Source of the DNA: a virus | Taxonomy: Duplodnaviria; Caudoviricetes | DNA: 64,000 bases | Strand: one strand, 5' to 3' | Virus record (IMG/VR): IMGVR_UViG_3300044991_001466 | In this document: positions 38,654 to 48,147 of the stretch, piece by piece | Position numbering within the stretch: position 1 is the first letter of the stretch | How the letters are laid out: each line of letters opens with the position of its first letter | Notes under the pieces: generated by a model | Told to the model about the DNA's origin: nothing | What the model saw: only the letters and a program-made list of their open reading frames with translations | Database searches by the model: none | Made by a program: the position numbers and the translations under genes

Positions 38654-38926
38654 ATGTCAAATAATGTTATTGTTTTTACATTAAATGGTTGTGGCCATTG
38701 TGTTGAGTTAAAAAAAGAACTTAAAAAACAACAAATAACATTTAATGAAATTGAAGTTGGTAATAATAAAGAGATATGGGATAAAGTCGTTGAACAAACA
38801 GGACATAATTCACTACCAACAGTGTTTATAGCATTAGATGGTTCCGATGAAGGACCTGTCTATGTACCCGGAAGAGACTACGATAATCGAGATGACTTGA
38901 TTAAAAAGATAAAAATTTACGTTTAA
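38654..38926 (+). CDS. glutaredoxin-like protein
   Basis: CGHC active site and SLPTVFI. Confidence 0.8.
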   Translation: MSNNVIVFTLNGCGHCVELKKELKKQQITFNEIEVGNNKEIWDKVVEQTGHNSLPTVFIALDGSDEGPVYVPGRDYDNRDDLIKKIKIYV

Positions 38927-38930
38927 CTAT

Positions 38931-38961
38931 AAGAGGATTTAAAATAATCCTCTTTTTTTTT
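38931..38961 (+). terminator. intrinsic terminator
   Basis: AAGAGGATT-TAAAAT-AATCCTCTT followed by a T run. Confidence 0.7.
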
Positions 38962-39008
38962 ACAAACTATCGAAATAAAAGTATTTATGTAAAAGACATT
39001 ACTTTTAC

Positions 39009-42000
39009 ATGGCCTTACAAAGAATAAATTGGACACAGATTGATAGTGAGAACGTCCCTTCGGGGTCGATTATTGATTTAGGTTCATCCTCCAACCCTCT
39101 TCATGCGGTATATGCCGAAAATTTATACATTTCCGGTGTAAGTGTATCTTCATTAATTACTTATGGTACAAGTGGAACTGGTGGAAGTGGTTCTAACGGA
39201 ACGTCAGGTTCATCAGGTTCTAGTGGTGTGGGTTCTTCAGGAACGGCCGGTTCTTCAGGAACATCAGGACAAGCGGGTACTTCAGGAACTTCGGGAACTT
39301 CAGGTGAGGCGGGAACGTCAGGTTCTTCAGGTTCTAGTGGTGTTGGTTCTTCAGGTTCTTCGGGAACTTCAGGTGAGGCGGGAACGTCAGGTTCATCAGG
39401 TTCAAGTGGTGTTGGAACAAGTGGAACTTCAGGAAGTAGTGGTACATCACCATTAGGGTTTTCATCAGGAACTTCGGGAACTTCAGGTGAGGCGGGAACG
39501 TCAGGTTCTTCAGGTTCTTCGGGGTTAGCCGGAACTTCAGGCTCTTCGGGAACTTCAGGTGAGGCGGGAACGTCAGGTTCATCAGGATCTAGTGGTGTGG
39601 GTACTAGTGGAACTTCGGGTTCAAGTGGTACAGGTTCATCATTATCAATTACACAATCAGGAGGGTCAACATATACTGCGGTTTCAGGAATAACATTTAG
39701 TGGTGCAACAATCGTTGACCAAGGAAATGGTAGTATTACTGTTAATATTATTGGAGGTGGAACTTCAGGTACAGGTGGTACAGGTTCATCGGGAACTTCA
39801 GGAATTGATGGTTACGAAGGACATTTAGCAATTTGGAAATATAGTGGAAACACAAACACATCTCTTGACCCTGGTACAGGATATTTTAATTTAGATTCGG
39901 CAGCTTGGGGAACATCAACAACAAGTATCACATTAGATAATTTTGCTTATTCACCAAATACAAATTTTTCAGCTTACTTAGACGGATTAACTATAGGTAC
40001 CATTTTAAAATTGGTAAAAGTAGGTGACGCATCAACATTTAAGTTATTAAAAATTGATTTAGTATCACCACTTGATAGTGGATTTGAGAATTATACTGTT
40101 AGTCAATTATCATCAGGTGGAACAGACCCGAATGATAATGACCAATTTTTAATTATACCATTAGGTATACCAGGTTTAACGGGTACTGCCGGTACTTCGG
40201 GTTCATCAGGTTCTAGTGGTTCATCGGGTTCTAGTGGTTCTTCAGGAACGGCTGGAACTTCAGGAACTGCCGGAACATCAGGTTCTGACGGTACTTCGGG
40301 AACTAGTGGTTCTTCAGGAACAGCTGGTTCTAGTGGTTCTTCAGGTTCATCAGGAAGTACAGGTACTTCGGGAACTAGTGGTTCTGACGGTACAAGTGGC
40401 ACTTCAGGGGATTCAATTTTTACATTAACGGGTTCTAATTGGTATACTAATGAAAACGTTATAATTGACGGTAAATTAACTGTAAATGAATTGATAGTAT
40501 CATCTTCAATTACAAATATGACCGTACAATATTCTAGTGGGTCAACTAAATTTGGAGACACATCGGATGATACTCATACATTTACAGGGTCTGTTAACAT
40601 ATCAGGTTCAATAGTTGCAACTGGCACGTCATTAGTTTCAGGTTCATCACAAGTTATACTTTCAGGAGTTACAGGATTTTCAGATTTTAGTAGTTCAATT
40701 TCAACATCATTAGCGGGATTAACAACAACATTAAATGATAGTAATATTTGGCAACAAACCGGTAGTTACTATTCAGCTAATCAAAATATTCAAATTACAG
40801 GTAGTGCTGGTTCATTAATGAAATCACCTGATGGAGCGACTGACGAAAAATATGCATTGGCAATTTCACAATCAATTCATGCTAGTAATATTAATGTTGG
40901 TATACCAACTTCAAATGATTGGGGTTCGAATTTAAATGGTTCTTATTTTAATAATTTTAATAAAAACACAGACGTTTCTGAAATATTGAGATTTGTTGCG
41001 GGTTTATTATCATCTTCAGCACCTGACGCAGCACCTAATACAAAAACATATAGTACTGCAACTAGAAATATTGTTAATACAACAGCGGGTAGTGTATCAA
41101 CAACAGTACCCGGTAGTGTTCCACAAAGTTCTACTAACACAACAATTACTTATTTAAATGGTAAAGGATTTGCTAACACAGGACAACCATTATTTAGTGG
41201 AATTACTATCAATACAAACGCATCTTACGGACATACATTTACAAGTGTGTCAGCTGGGTCTACCAACGTATCATCTTCAGTTGATGCACAATTATTTGGT
41301 TTAGGTCAATTAAGTAGTGGTACACCAACAAATTTTAGAGTATCGGGTTCATTTACATTTAAATTTAAAGATAGTAGTTTAAAAACGGACACCGCAACAT
41401 CAAGTTCAAATCATTTAATAACACAAACAGGTGCTGGTACAACAAGTGGTGTTACGTTAGCAAAAATAACAACAGCAAATCCTGCGGTTATTCCAGCAGC
41501 TTATCAAGATGGTAAATTTGTTTCAGTATTTTCACCTACAATATATAATGGTGGTTTAAGTGGAATAAGTGGTAGTGGTTATTATAACATAACATCATCT
41601 ATTTCAATATCAAGTGGATCTGCAACAACATATACAACCCCTGTTACAAGTGATATTGAAGTATTCTATGCTCCTCTTTCTACTATTGCAACAAACATAC
41701 CGGCACAAACACCAACATTTAGTGGTGTAAGTGTTAATGCAATATCAGCCGTTTCTCGTTCATTGAGTGGAGCGCCTTTCTTAACAAGTGCAACATATAA
41801 TATTTCAGGTTCTGTTACAGGATTGTTTAATCCATTATATTATGCAGGCACTGGTATTGCAACAATAGGTGTTAGTGGAACAGGTTTAGTTGCAACATCT
41901 GGAACAAATACAGTATCAACATTGGGTGGTACAATACAAACATCAAATGCGGTTTATGATTCAACAGGTGTAACTGTAAGAAGTACATCTACAGTTCCTT

Positions 42001-42881
42001 ATGAAACAGATATTGTTAAAGTAAATGGACTTTATACATTTACAGCACCGGCATCATCAAACGTAGTTTCGGCTTCGGGTTCGACAACACCAACAACATT
42101 TACATTAACAGTTAACGGTTTAAATAAAGCTGGTACAACAAGTACAAATACGTCAACAGTATCATATCATACTGCGGGAAATTTTAGTCAACTAAGTGCG
42201 AGTGGTAGTTTGGCCTATTATGGTAGAGTACAAGGAACAGATTCAGGAACAAACTCGGGAGCGTCAAACTTAGAACCATTTACTGGTGAAAGTAATAGAA
42301 TACAATTAAGTGATAATATATTATCATTCACAGGAACAGCTTGGGATACGGCATTTGGTTTATATAATTTAGGCGAAAAAGATTTACAAGTTAAACCTGG
42401 TTTCTTAGTTAAACCTGGCGGAGCTTACAAGTATTGGTTAGAAAATCCAAGTGATACAAGTGATTACAAATATTATGTTAGAAAAGTTACAACCAACGCA
42501 GGTGTAAAGGGAACAATGACTTTAAACATGGGATCTACCCTTGTGAATTGGAATTCAACAACAAGTAATTCTGTTTCATGTTTAATTTTATTTGAATCAA
42601 CAAAGAGTGGTTTATATACACCACCAAGATTTTTTGACCCATCAAACGCTTTAACAAACTTAGGTACGATTACTGCAAATACTGACGGAACAAATCCATT
42701 TGGTTCAAGTATATATGTAAATCGTTGTAACACAAGTAGTGTTTCGTCAACAACATATACAATTCCATTAATTAGTGGTGACGGTATGATACTAAATGCA
42801 ACATATACGAATATTTATGTAATTGTAAGATACAAAGGAGACCCAACACCAATAACTTCCATAACAACAACTTTTAGTTAA
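39009..42881 (+). CDS. long tail fibre-like protein with Gly-Ser/Thr triplet tracts
   Basis: 1290 aa; G-X-Y (GTS/GSS) tracts, a GSTKFGD...H.FTGSV module, and a Ser/Thr-rich beta C-terminus. Confidence 0.7.
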   Translation: MALQRINWTQIDSENVPSGSIIDLGSSSNPLHAVYAENLYISGVSVSSLITYGTSGTGGSGSNGTSGSSGSSGVGSSGTAGSSGTSGQAGTSGTSGTSGEAGTSGSSGSSGVGSSGSSGTSGEAGTSGSSGSSGVGTSGTSGSSGTSPLGFSSGTSGTSGEAGTSGSSGSSGLAGTSGSSGTSGEAGTSGSSGSSGVGTSGTSGSSGTGSSLSITQSGGSTYTAVSGITFSGATIVDQGNGSITVNIIGGGTSGTGGTGSSGTSGIDGYEGHLAIWKYSGNTNTSLDPGTGYFNLDSAAWGTSTTSITLDNFAYSPNTNFSAYLDGLTIGTILKLVKVGDASTFKLLKIDLVSPLDSGFENYTVSQLSSGGTDPNDNDQFLIIPLGIPGLTGTAGTSGSSGSSGSSGSSGSSGTAGTSGTAGTSGSDGTSGTSGSSGTAGSSGSSGSSGSTGTSGTSGSDGTSGTSGDSIFTLTGSNWYTNENVIIDGKLTVNELIVSSSITNMTVQYSSGSTKFGDTSDDTHTFTGSVNISGSIVATGTSLVSGSSQVILSGVTGFSDFSSSISTSLAGLTTTLNDSNIWQQTGSYYSANQNIQITGSAGSLMKSPDGATDEKYALAISQSIHASNINVGIPTSNDWGSNLNGSYFNNFNKNTDVSEILRFVAGLLSSSAPDAAPNTKTYSTATRNIVNTTAGSVSTTVPGSVPQSSTNTTITYLNGKGFANTGQPLFSGITINTNASYGHTFTSVSAGSTNVSSSVDAQLFGLGQLSSGTPTNFRVSGSFTFKFKDSSLKTDTATSSSNHLITQTGAGTTSGVTLAKITTANPAVIPAAYQDGKFVSVFSPTIYNGGLSGISGSGYYNITSSISISSGSATTYTTPVTSDIEVFYAPLSTIATNIPAQTPTFSGVSVNAISAVSRSLSGAPFLTSATYNISGSVTGLFNPLYYAGTGIATIGVSGTGLVATSGTNTVSTLGGTIQTSNAVYDSTGVTVRSTSTVPYETDIVKVNGLYTFTAPASSNVVSASGSTTPTTFTLTVNGLNKAGTTSTNTSTVSYHTAGNFSQLSASGSLAYYGRVQGTDSGTNSGASNLEPFTGESNRIQLSDNILSFTGTAWDTAFGLYNLGEKDLQVKPGFLVKPGGAYKYWLENPSDTSDYKYYVRKVTTNAGVKGTMTLNMGSTLVNWNSTTSNSVSCLILFESTKSGLYTPPRFFDPSNALTNLGTITANTDGTNPFGSSIYVNRCNTSSVSSTTYTIPLISGDGMILNATYTNIYVIVRYKGDPTPITSITTTFS
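39291..39580 (+). repeat. four exact 35-bp direct repeats within a fibre gene
   Basis: TCGGGAACTTCAGGTGAGGCGGGAACGTCAGGTTC at 39291, 39360, 39474 and 39546. Confidence 0.85.
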
Positions 42882-42890
42882 GAATAAGAA

Positions 42891-44309
42891 ATGTCAATAG
42901 ATAATAGTAAAAAATCCCCAAGGTTACTCCAAAGTAGAAGATATACACATGATACTTTTACTGATGCTCAAGAGGCTTTTACTTCAGTATTAGACATTAA
43001 TGCAAATGAAATTTATGTTGATCAAGATTTAATACCTGTAAGTAGTGTTCCTTTTGGAACAAGTGGAGATAATTTATCAATTTATAGTTCTGGTGGTCAA
43101 GATGTAATGAAATATTACTATCGTTACAAGATGACTAAATCCAGTACGAATACTGAGGTTTGGTTTTTTACAACAGGAACGACAGCGGGAATTGATGCTC
43201 AGTTAATTGATTCTAACCAACAAAAAAACTTCATATCACCAAAATATTCAATCCCCTCACTATCTACTGCAAACGCGGAAGACAGTCCAGCGGGTTATGG
43301 TGTTAAAGTTTTTGTTTCAACGAACTCATCTTCACCATCTGCGGGTGATCAAATATCATCAACAAAATTTGTTTTTGATTATAAGACAGGAGTTTTACAA
43401 TTTGTTTTAACTGCAGATAAACCAACGGATAGTCAATATGTTTATATATCTGCATATCAATATGTCGGTAGAACATTAAAAGATTCATTAAACAATTTAG
43501 GTAGTGCGGGAATATTCCAACAAACAGGTTCATATTATTCAACTATTAATGATATCAAAATCACAGGGTCACTTGTTACTACAGGTGATTTAACTGTTGA
43601 AGGTACATTAACTGCGAAGACGTTAATTATTTCGTCTTCAGTAACAAACATGGTTGTTCAATACGCTAGTGGATCAACAGCGTTTGGTGACACCGTAAAT
43701 GACAATCATAATTTCACAGGTTCGGTTAATATCACTGGTTCATTAACAATTAATGGACAATCATTTAGTGCTGCAACATCAGGCACAAGTGGTTCATCAG
43801 GAACGGCAGGTTCATCAGGAACAGCAGGTTCATCGGGTACTAGTGGTTCTGATGGTTCATCAGGTTCTAGTGGAAGTTCAGGTAGTAACGGTTCATCGGG
43901 TTCTAGCGGTACTGCGGGTACATCTGGTTCAAGCGGTATTAGTGGGGTTAACGGAACAGATGGTTCTTCAGGTTCATCAGGAGATTCAATATTTGCACAA
44001 ACGGGTTCTGCCCCTTATGATTTTTGGGCAACATCTAAAAATGTACAAATCACCGGTTCATTAATCACCTCAGGTTCTGTTATTATAAGGGGTGATTTAA
44101 CGGTTGAAGGTACCACAACATTAAATCAAAAAAATGATTTAAATAGAGAATCTTTAATAGTATCAGGAGCGTTAAATATTGTTGAGAGAAGAGTTAATAC
44201 AACGTTAACATCGGCCTCATTATACTTTAATAATGAACTATCAATCATTAATAACACAATATCAAATCTAACATTCTCTGGAACATTTATTGACTCAGGA
44301 GAATTTTAA
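42891..44309 (+). CDS. tail fibre-associated protein with Gly-Ser tract
   Basis: Shares the GST.FGD...H.FTGSVNITGS module and a GSS tract with its neighbours. Confidence 0.65.
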   Translation: MSIDNSKKSPRLLQSRRYTHDTFTDAQEAFTSVLDINANEIYVDQDLIPVSSVPFGTSGDNLSIYSSGGQDVMKYYYRYKMTKSSTNTEVWFFTTGTTAGIDAQLIDSNQQKNFISPKYSIPSLSTANAEDSPAGYGVKVFVSTNSSSPSAGDQISSTKFVFDYKTGVLQFVLTADKPTDSQYVYISAYQYVGRTLKDSLNNLGSAGIFQQTGSYYSTINDIKITGSLVTTGDLTVEGTLTAKTLIISSSVTNMVVQYASGSTAFGDTVNDNHNFTGSVNITGSLTINGQSFSAATSGTSGSSGTAGSSGTAGSSGTSGSDGSSGSSGSSGSNGSSGSSGTAGTSGSSGISGVNGTDGSSGSSGDSIFAQTGSAPYDFWATSKNVQITGSLITSGSVIIRGDLTVEGTTTLNQKNDLNRESLIVSGALNIVERRVNTTLTSASLYFNNELSIINNTISNLTFSGTFIDSGEF

Positions 44310-44388
44310 AAAAATAAACAGAAATAATTCTACAAAAGAATAGAAAACAATAAAAATGAACTATTTATCAATTAAACAAATCAAATAG

Positions 44389-47300
44389 ATGGCACAAATT
44401 ATTAAACACAGGAGGGGTCAGTTATCCGGAATAAAAGCTTTAACCGCAAACAATGGTGAAATTATTGTTGCGTCGGGTTCAATTTCAGATTTACAAGGAC
44501 CATTTATTTTCATCGGTTCACCCGTATTACTGGATAATGGAACCGCTGGAGCCTTTAGTCCGGCCTCTAAAATATATACAGGAGCAGCTGCACCAACAAT
44601 ATTAAATGCGAGTTATGGTACTGCTTTAGATGGTACACCATTTTATGCTAGTGGTGACAAATCGTACTATATTTTAAATAATAGTGGTGCTGGTGGAAAT
44701 ACTAAATTAGATTTAACAGGTAACATTGAAGGTAACACCATTAGTGGAGTTACTATTACCACATTAACAAGTACTAAGGGTACATTCAGTAGTCAAGTAA
44801 ATGTTAGTGGGTCAATTAATGTTACAGGAAGTTTATTTATAAACGGTTCTGAATATACATCAAACTCTTCAGGTACTTCAGGTTCTTCAGGGTCTAGTGG
44901 CTCATCAGGAACTGCTGGTACATCAGGTTCTTCAGGTTCTAGTGGTTCATCAGGAACATCAGGTTCTTCAGGGTCAGACGGTTCTTCAGGAACTTCAGGT
45001 TCTAGTGGTTCAGCTGGTACTTCAGGTTCTAGTGGTTCTTCAGGAACGTCAGGTTCTAGTGGTTCTTCAGGAACTGCAGGAACATCAGGTTCTTCAGGGT
45101 CAGATGGTTCATCAGGTTCTTCAGGAACGTCAGGTTCTAGTGGTTCTTCAGGAACTGCAGGAACATCAGGTTCTTCAGGGTCAGATGGTTCATCAGGTTC
45201 ATCAGGAACAAGTGGATCATCAGGAACATCGGGTTCTAGTGGTTCTTCAGGAACGGCTGGTACTTCAGGAACATCAGGTTCTTCAGGTTCAGATGGTTCA
45301 TCAGGATCTTCAGGTTCATCAGGAACCGCTGGTACTTCAGGAACATCAGGTTCATCAGGTTCTTCAGGGTCAGATGGTTCATCAGGTTCTAGTGGTTCTG
45401 CGGGTACGTCAGGTTCATCAGGGTCATCAGGAACTTCAGGTTCATCAGGTTCATCAGGGTCAGACGGTTCTTCAGGAACATCGGGATCATCAGGTTCATC
45501 AGGAACTTCAGGTTCAAGTGGTTCATCAGGAACTTCAGGTTCATCGGGTTCTTCAGGTTCTAATGGTACAGATGGTACTTCAGGAGATAGTTTATTCGCA
45601 TTAACTGGTTCAATATGGTCTACCCAAAATCCAGTAAGAATAGTAGGAGCTTTAACCGCTTCAATGGTATCATCTTCATTCATAGGCGATGGTGCGGGTT
45701 TATATAATATTCCAGCAAGTGGTGTTACAGGTTTAGAATTAAATAAAATTGTAAACGGTGCGGTAAGTGCTTCAGTTTTATCTGACGGAACATTCAGAGT
45801 AAACGGTGATACATTTATTAATGGTACCATCACGGCAAGACAATTAAATATTGATTATGTAACTTCATCAATTTTATACACATCAGGTTCAACTAAGTTT
45901 GGTGATACATTTGATGATTTACATGAATTTACAGGAAGTGTAAACATAACAGGTTCTTTATTCTTAAATGGTGTAACAGTTGGAACGGGTAAACTAAATA
46001 CAACTGATTTTAACTCATATACATCTTCAGTAAATTCACAATTTGCAGGAACATCATCATTTGCGATTTCTTCATCATATGCTGTTTACGCGGAGAATGC
46101 AGTTATTGTTTCAGGTCAAACTAAAACATTAACAGTAACTACTCCATCAACAACATGGTCATTTACACACAATTTGGGTTATAAATTCCCAGCGATTAAT
46201 GTTTTTGATGGTAATGATAATGTAATAGTTCCTTCAGGAATTAAAGTAAAAAATAGTAATCTATTAGAGGTATATTTTAATAGTGTTGAAACGGGTACTG
46301 TAATTGCCACTATCGGTGGTAATGGTTCTTCTGGAACTTCAGGTTCAGGTGGTTCTTCTGGAACTTCAGGTTCTAGTGGTTCATCAGGAACATCAGGTTC
46401 TTCAGGGTCAGACGGTTCATCAGGAACTTCAGGTTCTAGTGGTTCTTCAGGAACTTCAGGTTCTAGCGGTTCTTCAGGAACATCAGGTTCCTCAGGTTCA
46501 TCAGGAACTTCAGGTTCTAGTGGTTCATCAGGTTCTAATGGTACAGATGGTTCTTCAGGTTCTAGTGGTTCTTCAGGAACGGCTGGTACATCAGGAACTT
46601 CAGGTTCATCAGGTTCAGATGGTACTTCAGGAACATCAGGTTCTTCAGGAACTTCAGGTTCTAGTGGTTCATCAGGAACATCAGGTTCAAGTGGTACTGC
46701 GGGTACTTCAGGTTCTTCAGGGTCAGATGGTTCTAGCGGTTCTTCAGGAACAAGTGGTTCATCAGGTTCTTCAGGAACAAGTGGTTCATCAGGTTCTTCA
46801 GGAACTTCAGGCTCAAGTGGTTCTTCAGGAACTTCAGGTTCAGATGGTACTTCAGGAACATCAGGTACTTCAGGTTCGTCAGGTTCTTCAGGAACTGCGG
46901 GAACTTCAGGTTCTAGTGGTTCATCAGGAACTGCAGGTACATCAGGTTCTTCGGGTTCAGATGGTTCTTCAGGTACTTCAGGTTCTAGTGGTTCATCAGG
47001 AACATCAGGTTCATCAGGAACAGCGGGTACTTCAGGTTCTTCAGGTTCTTCAGGAACGAGTGGTTCTTCAGGTTCTTCAGGGTCTAGCGGTTCATCAGGT
47101 TCTTCAGGAGATAGTATATTCGCTTTAACAGGTTCAGTTTGGGAGACTAATTTAAATGTTAAGTTCAACCAATCAGTAACCTCATCTATATTCACAGGTT
47201 CATTTAAAGGTGATGGTGCAGGACTTTATAACATACCAGCAAGTGGTGTTACAGGATTACAATTAGACAAAATTGCAAGTGGAGCGGTAACAGCTTCAGT

Positions 47301-47997
47301 AACAGCGGCAGGTTTACAAGTAAATGCTAACACATCTATCACAGGTTCTTTAAGTGTAAGTCAAGATGTTAGTTTCTTATCTAATTTGTTTGTATCAGGT
47401 AACCTACAAGTTTTGGGTTCATCAACAAATGTTAATATTGAATCACATACAGTTGAAATCGGTGATAATATCATCCAAGTAAACGCTTACTCACCATTTA
47501 ACAGATATGCGGGTTTATCAGCATACGATTCAGGTTCAGTAGGTGGTTCAGGTTCATTGTTATGGGATTCAACAAATGATTATTGGATACAAGTTGGTTC
47601 TAACGGACAATCAAGTAAAATGGTTGGAGTTACAGGAGGAGCATATGGTAGTGAAGCAAGTTTAACAACAAACGCAATACCAAAAGCAACTACAGGAAAC
47701 ACAATCGGTGATAGTTTGTTAACTGATAATGGTACAACATTAGCATACAACACTAACAAGTTTACCGTAGCATCTTCTGACGGAGCAACGTTAATCGCGG
47801 GTAATGTTACTGTAAGTGCAGCGGGTGGTAGTGACTCTAATAGTAAAACATCAGCAGTTACATTTAGAAACTCATCAAATGTTTTAGGTTATGTATCAAC
47901 AACAGTTGGTAGTGACGTAACGGATGGTTTCTTAGGATATAAAACATCAAATGGTGGTTTAGTATTCTCGAATGTAATTGACGGAGGAACATTCTAA
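44389..47997 (+). CDS. tail fibre protein with two very long GSS/GTS triplet tracts
   Basis: MAQIIKHRRG (Mtd_N-like start); tracts of about 240 and 265 aa; ends IDGGTF. Confidence 0.7.
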   Translation: MAQIIKHRRGQLSGIKALTANNGEIIVASGSISDLQGPFIFIGSPVLLDNGTAGAFSPASKIYTGAAAPTILNASYGTALDGTPFYASGDKSYYILNNSGAGGNTKLDLTGNIEGNTISGVTITTLTSTKGTFSSQVNVSGSINVTGSLFINGSEYTSNSSGTSGSSGSSGSSGTAGTSGSSGSSGSSGTSGSSGSDGSSGTSGSSGSAGTSGSSGSSGTSGSSGSSGTAGTSGSSGSDGSSGSSGTSGSSGSSGTAGTSGSSGSDGSSGSSGTSGSSGTSGSSGSSGTAGTSGTSGSSGSDGSSGSSGSSGTAGTSGTSGSSGSSGSDGSSGSSGSAGTSGSSGSSGTSGSSGSSGSDGSSGTSGSSGSSGTSGSSGSSGTSGSSGSSGSNGTDGTSGDSLFALTGSIWSTQNPVRIVGALTASMVSSSFIGDGAGLYNIPASGVTGLELNKIVNGAVSASVLSDGTFRVNGDTFINGTITARQLNIDYVTSSILYTSGSTKFGDTFDDLHEFTGSVNITGSLFLNGVTVGTGKLNTTDFNSYTSSVNSQFAGTSSFAISSSYAVYAENAVIVSGQTKTLTVTTPSTTWSFTHNLGYKFPAINVFDGNDNVIVPSGIKVKNSNLLEVYFNSVETGTVIATIGGNGSSGTSGSGGSSGTSGSSGSSGTSGSSGSDGSSGTSGSSGSSGTSGSSGSSGTSGSSGSSGTSGSSGSSGSNGTDGSSGSSGSSGTAGTSGTSGSSGSDGTSGTSGSSGTSGSSGSSGTSGSSGTAGTSGSSGSDGSSGSSGTSGSSGSSGTSGSSGSSGTSGSSGSSGTSGSDGTSGTSGTSGSSGSSGTAGTSGSSGSSGTAGTSGSSGSDGSSGTSGSSGSSGTSGSSGTAGTSGSSGSSGTSGSSGSSGSSGSSGSSGDSIFALTGSVWETNLNVKFNQSVTSSIFTGSFKGDGAGLYNIPASGVTGLQLDKIASGAVTASVTAAGLQVNANTSITGSLSVSQDVSFLSNLFVSGNLQVLGSSTNVNIESHTVEIGDNIIQVNAYSPFNRYAGLSAYDSGSVGGSGSLLWDSTNDYWIQVGSNGQSSKMVGVTGGAYGSEASLTTNAIPKATTGNTIGDSLLTDNGTTLAYNTNKFTVASSDGATLIAGNVTVSAAGGSDSNSKTSAVTFRNSSNVLGYVSTTVGSDVTDGFLGYKTSNGGLVFSNVIDGGTF
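45034..45195 (+). repeat. perfect 81-bp tandem duplication
   Basis: 45034-45114 is identical to 45115-45195 (27 codons). Confidence 0.85.
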
Positions 47998-48017
47998 TAG
48001 TAAGTTTAAATAAAATT

Positions 48018-48048
48018 AAAAGGAGACCCTAAAAAGTCTCCTTTTTTT
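48018..48048 (+). terminator. intrinsic terminator
   Basis: AAAAGGAGAC-N8-GTCTCCTTTT plus a T run. Confidence 0.75.
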
Positions 48049-48147
48049 ATTTATACAATACCAACTTTTGTTGTATTTATGTATAATACCTACATAGGTA
48101 ATTAACCGTGATATATATCACAAAGATTTTTAAGGAAACCCATACAT

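Noticed and set aside
44860-47110. Ice-nucleation protein (InaZ-type) identity for the Gly/Ser/Thr repeats
   Set aside because: The period is 3, not the 8/16/48-residue AGYGST pattern of InaZ.
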